Both the position numbers and the translations under genes were made by a program. DNA of 42,980 bases, taken from positions 1 to 42,980 of the forward strand of contig JAJHRB010000003.1 in assembly GCA_020833025.1 (NCBI GenBank), read 5' to 3'. The first letter of the stretch is position 1, and each line of letters begins with the position of its first letter. Below are positions 37,458 to 42,980 of this stretch, one piece after another. Under the pieces are notes generated by a model. That model was given only the letters and a program-made list of their open reading frames with translations, was not told where the DNA came from and did not search any database. Source of the stretch: Thermoproteaceae archaeon (lineage in GTDB: Archaea > Thermoproteota > Thermoprotei > Thermoproteales > Thermoproteaceae).

Positions 37458-38957
37458 ATGCTCGCAATCAAGACGGAGAAGGCGGGAAGGCTTGTCGAGA
37501 CGCTTAAGCTCGCCCTCGAGATCGTCGACAGGATCAGGGCGAGCGGGCCAGCTGAGACCGCCGGGCTCCTCGCGGGGCTCGAGGGAGGCTACGTGGAGCC
37601 GGGGCCCTCGGGCGCGCTGACGCGGGGCAAGGTTGAGGTGCTGCCCACTGGCAGGAACTTCTTTGCGGTCGACCCGACGCAGATCCCGACTCCCGCCGCG
37701 TGGAAAGTCGGCGTGGAGTCGGCGGAGAGGCTCGTAAGGTACTACAGGGAGAGATACGGGAGGTACCCCGAGAGCGTCGGCGAGGTCCTGTGGTCCATTG
37801 ACGCCTACAAGGCAGATGGGGAGCAGCTGTCGCAAATCCTGTGGCTGATGGGCGTCCAGCCAGTCTGGGCCGAGGACGGCAGCGTTAGGGGCGTTGAGGT
37901 AGTGCCGCTGGAGAAGCTGGGCAGACCCAGAATTGACGCTGTGGCCAGAATAAGCGGGATTGTCAGGGACACCCTGCCGAATTACGCCTACCTCATAGAC
38001 GAGGCGGTGTCAAAGGTAATAGCGCTTGACGAGCCTCTGGATATGAACTTCGTCAAGAAGCACTACTTGGAGACGCTTGAGAAGCTAAAGGCCGCCGGCG
38101 TTGACAAGCCAGAGGAGAGGGCCAGGGCCAGGGTGTACGGAGAGCCGCCGGGGGCCTACGGCGCGGGCGTCAACTACGCCGTGGAGGCCTCGGCGTGGAG
38201 GACAGACGAGGACCTCATGAAGGTGTGGCTCCAGTGGGGCAGCTACGCCTACACGCGCGCAATGTATGGAGAGATGAACGTCGAGGCGTTCGTGGCACAG
38301 CTCTCCAAGGTCGATGTAATAAACAGGAACCACATAAGCGACGAGCACGACATATTTGGCTGTTGTTGTTATTTCGCCTTCCATGGCGGCTTTTACAACG
38401 CCGTCAAGGCGCTGACGGGCAGGAGCGACATAGAAATAGTGACCGTCGACACCAGGGACCTCTCGAACATTGAAGTGCGGGGAATGAGGGAGGAGATAGA
38501 GAGAGTGGTCAGGGCCAAGCTCCTGAACCCCGTCTGGATCTCTGAAATGATGAAGCACGGCTATAGAGGGGCCAACGAGATCCAGAGGAAGATACTGCAC
38601 CTTTACGGCTGGTCCGCCACGACGAAGCTCGTCGACAAGTGGGTGTACGACGAGCTCGTGAGAACGTACGTGCTTGACGAGAGGATGCGCAAGTGGTTCA
38701 TGGAGAACAACATCTACGCGCTGGAGGAGATAGTCAGGCGGTTCATAGAGGCGGCGCAGAGGGGGCTGTGGAGGGCAGACGCGGAGACTCTTGAGAGGCT
38801 CAACGAGATCTACAGCGAGATCGAGGCGGTGCTCGAGGCCGACGTGACAGGCGAGGTGCAGGGAGGCTCAATAGACGTGTACACCCACGCCGACGTCCCC
38901 CAGTGGGGCGAGGCCGTTAAGAGGGTGGAGGAGGCCCTCGCCAGGGTGAGGAAATGA
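37458..38957 (+). CDS. CobN/BchH-like chelatase, C-terminal half
   Basis: GGYVEPGPSGALTRG..VLPTGRNF, PRIDAVARISGIVRD, YGAGV, RAKLLNPVWI..MMKHGYRGA. Start ATG 37458. Confidence 0.9.
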   Translation: MLAIKTEKAGRLVETLKLALEIVDRIRASGPAETAGLLAGLEGGYVEPGPSGALTRGKVEVLPTGRNFFAVDPTQIPTPAAWKVGVESAERLVRYYRERYGRYPESVGEVLWSIDAYKADGEQLSQILWLMGVQPVWAEDGSVRGVEVVPLEKLGRPRIDAVARISGIVRDTLPNYAYLIDEAVSKVIALDEPLDMNFVKKHYLETLEKLKAAGVDKPEERARARVYGEPPGAYGAGVNYAVEASAWRTDEDLMKVWLQWGSYAYTRAMYGEMNVEAFVAQLSKVDVINRNHISDEHDIFGCCCYFAFHGGFYNAVKALTGRSDIEIVTVDTRDLSNIEVRGMREEIERVVRAKLLNPVWISEMMKHGYRGANEIQRKILHLYGWSATTKLVDKWVYDELVRTYVLDERMRKWFMENNIYALEEIVRRFIEAAQRGLWRADAETLERLNEIYSEIEAVLEADVTGEVQGGSIDVYTHADVPQWGEAVKRVEEALARVRK

Positions 38958-41359
38958 AGAGGCTGGCATTCATAATCGGGTACGGCGGGGCTGCCCTCCC
39001 GCTTGTGGAGAAAGCCGCGGGCGAGGAGTGTAAGACGCTGGGTCTTGAGTGCGTTGCGGCAACCGACGTGACCGCGCCGCGGTACAGGCAGTTCATCGCG
39101 TCGGCAGACGCCATTTTCATCTACTCGCACCAGCTCTCCGACGACGTCGTCGAGGCAATAAAGGCGGCGAGGGAGCGCGGCGCGGTGGTGATATCTGCCA
39201 CGGACTACTTCTTCGACCTCGTAAACGCGCCGCCGCAGCTCGTGCTCGAGGCCCGGCGCTACTTTATAACAGGCGGCGAGGACAACTTCAGGGCGCTGGT
39301 CAGGCTCCTGGCAAGAGCCCTCGGCATGAACGTGGACGTCCCGCCGCTGAGGGAGGTCCCGTGGATGGGCGTCTACCACCCGAGGCTCGGCACGTTCACG
39401 TCGCTGGAGGAGTACCTCAGGGTTTACGACATACAGAGCAGGGAGGGAGTCGTCGGCGTGCTGTTCTACAGGACGTACTGGCTCTACGGCAACCTGGCCC
39501 ACGTGAACGCCCTGATAGAGGCGCTCGAGGCCGAGAACCTGGCCGTCGTGCCTGTGTTCACGTACGGCTTCCGCGACGAGAGTGTCGGCGCGCCCTCGGC
39601 GGAGGACGCCATCAGAGAGTTCTTCTTCTACAGGGGCGAGAGAGTAGTCAACGCCGTGATAAACCTCCTCTTCTTCTTCCTGCTGGACAGGGGCAAGTGG
39701 CACAGGAGGGCTGACAGGTTCAAGGTCGCCGAGACCGGCATCGCGCTGCTAAAGAGGCTGAACGTCCCGGTGATAACGCCAATAACGTGCTTCTATAGGT
39801 CCGTCGACGAGTGGGCTAAGGACCCGCAGGGCGTTGACTATCTGACGCAAGTTTACAGCGTGATAATGCCCGAGGTGGACGGCCTGATAGAGCCCGTCTT
39901 TTACGCGGGCGCCAGGCCCGCGCCGGACGGCACCAAGAGGTACGAGCCGTTCCTGGAGCACGCCAGGTACCTGGCCAGGAGGGTGAAGAGGTGGATCAAG
40001 ATGGCGAGGAAGCCCCCGTCGCAGAGAAAGATTGCAATCGTCCTGATAAACCCGCCGTGCAAGAACCTGCAGGCGAACATAGGCGTCGGCCTCGGCCTGG
40101 ACGTGCCGGAGTCCATCGCCAGGCTGCTCCACAGGCTCGCCGAGCTCGGCTACGACGTCGGCCCGAGGGATGCCCTGCTGAAGACGGGGCAGGAGCTCAT
40201 CAAGATGTTCCTAGCGAGAAAGGCCTACAGCGACTTCCGCTTCGCGAGCGTTGAGGACATAGTGATGAGCGGCGGCGCCGCCGCCTTCGTGGATTACGAC
40301 ACGTACATCAAGTGGTTCGAGGAGCTCCCCGAGGAGGCCCGCAGGAGGCTCGAGAGAGACTGGGGCCACCCGCGCGACGTCCTTGAGGGCCGCGCGCCGA
40401 AAGAGTTCGCCGGCATGGTGTACGAGGGGAAGTTCGTCGTGCCCGGCCTTCTATTCGGCAACGTCTTCATCACGCCCCAGCCTAAGTTCGGCTGCGCGGG
40501 CCCCGGCTGCGACGGCAGGATCTGCAGGATACTGCACGATCCCAACATTACGCCGCCCCACCAGTGGCTCGCCGTCTACAGGTGGATAACGAGAGTGTTC
40601 GGCGCGGACGTGGTAATACACTTCGGCACCCACGGGTACCTTGAGTTCAGGCCGGGCAAGGGGGTCGGGCTCGCGCCGTGGGACTGGCCGGAGATCTCGA
40701 TTGACGACGTCCCGCACCTGTACGTCTACGTCGTCTCGAACCCGATGGAGGGGGTGATGGCGAAGAGGAGGTCCTACGCGGTGCTAGTGGACCACATGTA
40801 CCCGCCGATGGCGCTGGCAGAGGGCCTCGAGGAGCTCGAGAGGCTTGTCAACGACTACGCCAAGTACAAGGCCCTGGGCGAGTTTGAGAAGGCAAAGATT
40901 GTGTATGAGGAAATCGTAAAGAAAGCGAAGGATAATCACGTCAGGATACCCGAAGGCGGAGACCCCGAGAAGGTCGTGGAGGAGGTCCACCGTTACATCG
41001 ACATGGTGAAGGGCACGCAGATAAACCTCGGGCTTCACGTCTTCGGCAGCCCGCCGGAGGACCCCGAGAGGCTGGCGCAGTACGCCGCGACGATACTGGC
41101 CTACGACACGGCGAGGGCCCCCTCGATTCGGAGGGTTCTTGCGGAGTACCTGGGCCTCGACTACGATGAGATGAGGAGGAGGCCTCTCGAGGTGAATAAG
41201 CTCGGCATGACAAACGCCGAGACCCTGAACCTGCTGTACAAGGCTGCCGTCGAGATAATCAAACAGCTCGTCTCAGCCCCGCGCTCGGAGGAGGCGATAC
41301 TTAGCGTCGCGGAGTCTGTTCTGCGGAAGCTCTTTGGCGCCAGAACCGCGCCCCTATGA
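38954..41359 (+). CDS. CobN/BchH-like chelatase, N-terminal half
   Basis: VIMPEVDGLIEP, KIAIVLINPP, GNVFITPQP, PPHQWLAVY, HFGTHGYLEFRPGK, NPMEGVMAKRRS, GLHVFG. Confidence 0.92.
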   Translation: MKRLAFIIGYGGAALPLVEKAAGEECKTLGLECVAATDVTAPRYRQFIASADAIFIYSHQLSDDVVEAIKAARERGAVVISATDYFFDLVNAPPQLVLEARRYFITGGEDNFRALVRLLARALGMNVDVPPLREVPWMGVYHPRLGTFTSLEEYLRVYDIQSREGVVGVLFYRTYWLYGNLAHVNALIEALEAENLAVVPVFTYGFRDESVGAPSAEDAIREFFFYRGERVVNAVINLLFFFLLDRGKWHRRADRFKVAETGIALLKRLNVPVITPITCFYRSVDEWAKDPQGVDYLTQVYSVIMPEVDGLIEPVFYAGARPAPDGTKRYEPFLEHARYLARRVKRWIKMARKPPSQRKIAIVLINPPCKNLQANIGVGLGLDVPESIARLLHRLAELGYDVGPRDALLKTGQELIKMFLARKAYSDFRFASVEDIVMSGGAAAFVDYDTYIKWFEELPEEARRRLERDWGHPRDVLEGRAPKEFAGMVYEGKFVVPGLLFGNVFITPQPKFGCAGPGCDGRICRILHDPNITPPHQWLAVYRWITRVFGADVVIHFGTHGYLEFRPGKGVGLAPWDWPEISIDDVPHLYVYVVSNPMEGVMAKRRSYAVLVDHMYPPMALAEGLEELERLVNDYAKYKALGEFEKAKIVYEEIVKKAKDNHVRIPEGGDPEKVVEEVHRYIDMVKGTQINLGLHVFGSPPEDPERLAQYAATILAYDTARAPSIRRVLAEYLGLDYDEMRRRPLEVNKLGMTNAETLNLLYKAAVEIIKQLVSAPRSEEAILSVAESVLRKLFGARTAPL

Positions 41360-42758
41360 CCTCCCGGGCGGCGAGCACGGGCAGCAGCATTGCGATAAAC
41401 GCTGCGGTGCTCGCGTTCATGTTAACTACATATGCGTCTTTTGACGGGAGTGAGTAGTAAATCGGGCCCATCGGCGTCTCGAAGTAGAGGTATGTCTTGT
41501 ACTGCGTGAGCACAGTCCCCGCAATTGCCGACCCCACGGCGAAGCCGATAATGCGGAAGACTGTGTTCAGCGACGTCGCGGCTCCCAGGAGCTCGCGAGG
41601 CGCGGAGAACGTGAGGAGGTTGATCAGCGAGACGAAGAGCAGCATGATGCCGACGTACGCGACGGTTATGCACGACAGCACCGTCCAGACCCCGCTGTAG
41701 AGGTACCTTGCGGTCAGCTGGAGGCCGGCAATTGCCAGCACCACGCCGATTACCGACATGACCTTCGTCCCCACGAAGACTATCGCCCTGCCGGCCACCA
41801 TGGAGGCCGCGGCAGACACTACCGACGGGAACAACATGAGCATTCCGGTCTGTAAGATCGTCAGCCCGTAGCCGTAGGGGACGGGCATCTCGAACAGGTA
41901 TATCACGCTCTGCTGGGCGCCTAGCATCATGCCGAGACCCGCCACGGCTATCGCCGCGTTTGCCACGCTGACGTTTCTCGCGAGCAGCTCTCTGGGTATG
42001 AGCGGCTCTTTCGTCGTTGCCTCGTGGAGCGCGAGGACGAGCGCCGCCACGGCCGAGAGCGCGAAGAGAGACGCTGTCTTTGGCGACGCCCAGCCCCAGT
42101 CGGGCCCCTTGGTCAGCGCTATCAAGAGCGGCACCACGGCAGCCGACAGGAGGCCAACGCCGATGTAGTCGACTCTGCGGTATGCCCTGTACCTGCTCTC
42201 CCTGACGCAGAGCCATATCAGCACGGTGCACAGCGCCGCCAGCGGCGCCGCTGTGTAAAACACAGACCTCCACCCGTAGTTCTGCGACAGGTAAGCGCCT
42301 GCTTGCAGCGCTACCATCATGCCGACGCCGAACATGGCGCTCACGACCCCCTGGGCGAGGGGGGCCATCTCCGGCGGGAACTCCTCCCGTATTATTGAAA
42401 ACGCGAGAGGGAACATTGCGACCCCGAGCCCCTGCAGGGCCCTCAACGCGACGAACGTCCCGAAGTTGGGGGCAAATCCCGCGGCCGTCGTGGCGAGCGC
42501 GTATACAACCAGCGCTACGAGCAGCATCCTCTTCTTGCCGTAGATGTCGCCGAGAGCGCCGAAGACAGACGCGCCGACGGCGCCCGCCACCATGAAGGCG
42601 GTCATGATCCACGCCGCGTCCGCCGCGCTGACGTTAAAGTCGGCCTGTATTCTCGGCAGGCTCGGCATTACGGATCCCGATACGTACATGACGAGGAGAG
42701 CCGCAGAGCCTAGGATTGGCGTTATCCTCCAGGCGTACCTAACGTCGTAGGCCTCCAC
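41301..42758 (-). CDS. MFS transporter (DHA2-like, 14 TM)
   Basis: GALGDIYGKKR motif A, RALQGLG, IIREEFP, GWRSVF, DYIG. Confidence 0.9.
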   Translation of the reverse strand: MEAYDVRYAWRITPILGSAALLVMYVSGSVMPSLPRIQADFNVSAADAAWIMTAFMVAGAVGASVFGALGDIYGKKRMLLVALVVYALATTAAGFAPNFGTFVALRALQGLGVAMFPLAFSIIREEFPPEMAPLAQGVVSAMFGVGMMVALQAGAYLSQNYGWRSVFYTAAPLAALCTVLIWLCVRESRYRAYRRVDYIGVGLLSAAVVPLLIALTKGPDWGWASPKTASLFALSAVAALVLALHEATTKEPLIPRELLARNVSVANAAIAVAGLGMMLGAQQSVIYLFEMPVPYGYGLTILQTGMLMLFPSVVSAAASMVAGRAIVFVGTKVMSVIGVVLAIAGLQLTARYLYSGVWTVLSCITVAYVGIMLLFVSLINLLTFSAPRELLGAATSLNTVFRIIGFAVGSAIAGTVLTQYKTYLYFETPMGPIYYSLPSKDAYVVNMNASTAAFIAMLLPVLAAREVIGARFWRQRASAEQTPRR

Positions 42759-42980
42759 GGCGCCTGCGCAAGTAGATTGCCGCCCCGGCGGCCGCTATGG
42801 CCGCGGCCAGCGCCAGGGGAACTGCAACCACCGGCTCTATCACGCCCCTCACCTCAATTGGTATCTCGACGTACTGGACGCCGGGTATCAGCACGTCGGT
42901 CTGGTTCCAGGTTATGACGACTACCAGCGGGTAGGTTCCCGGCACGGCCTTGTCCGACACGTCCAGCAGGAATGCAGTCG
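42739..42980 (-). CDS. Partial CDS: C-terminus of a surface/S-layer-domain-like protein
   Basis: PGTYPLVVVITW beta strand, C-terminal TM anchor plus RRRR; runs off the window end. Confidence 0.55.
   Translation of the reverse strand, partial: TAFLLDVSDKAVPGTYPLVVVITWNQTDVLIPGVQYVEIPIEVRGVIEPVVAVPLALAAAIAAAGAAIYLRRRRGGLRR

Noticed and set aside
704-42612. Many long Arg/Ala/Pro-rich ORFs in the track (e.g. 704-1861, 6241-7062, 16416-17189, 36211-37467, 41422-42612)
   Set aside because: Shadow ORFs opposite or out of frame with real genes, typical of high GC; no family motifs.
1-42980. CRISPR arrays, rRNA genes, IS transposases, tRNA-derived att duplications
   Set aside because: None seen by eye: no regularly spaced repeats, no rRNA signatures, no transposase motifs, no second copy of the tRNA 3' end.

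Overview
GC-rich archaeal window, most consistent with Thermoproteales (Pyrobaculum/Thermoproteus-like). This is inferred from a PaREP1 gene, a tRNA with two non-canonical introns, type II GAPDH, GTP cyclohydrolase III, and leaderless genes with TATA boxes about 25 nt upstream. (1) 0.1-6.4 kb: a cluster of secreted proteins, three sharing an N-terminal 'A[TS]LPP' motif that suggests a donor-strand pilus/biofilm filament. The cluster also holds a membrane-anchored wHTH regulator, an intact MNT-HEPN toxin-antitoxin pair and, at 6.7-7.3 kb, a decayed copy of that pair. (2) 7.5-24.3 kb: mostly housekeeping genes (frameshifted CorA-like, PaREP1, epimerase, ASCH, radical SAM, NurA, early riboflavin pathway, GAPDH, UspA, QueD, Lon-like protease, ThiI), plus tRNA-Asp with two introns and two candidate C/D box sRNAs. 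(3) 24.6-26.3 kb: an MNT relic, a beta-rich orphan and a serine recombinase. (4) 27.2-41.4 kb: a large putative tetrapyrrole/metal uptake and (de)chelation locus. It contains a ChlI/D-vWA ATPase, an ECF transporter whose S component is fused to an extracellular domain, a beta-propeller, a methyltransferase, a Gate-domain protein and a split cobN-like gene with its halves in reverse order; several of its genes share one promoter motif. All family calls come from motif recognition by eye; no database searches were run.
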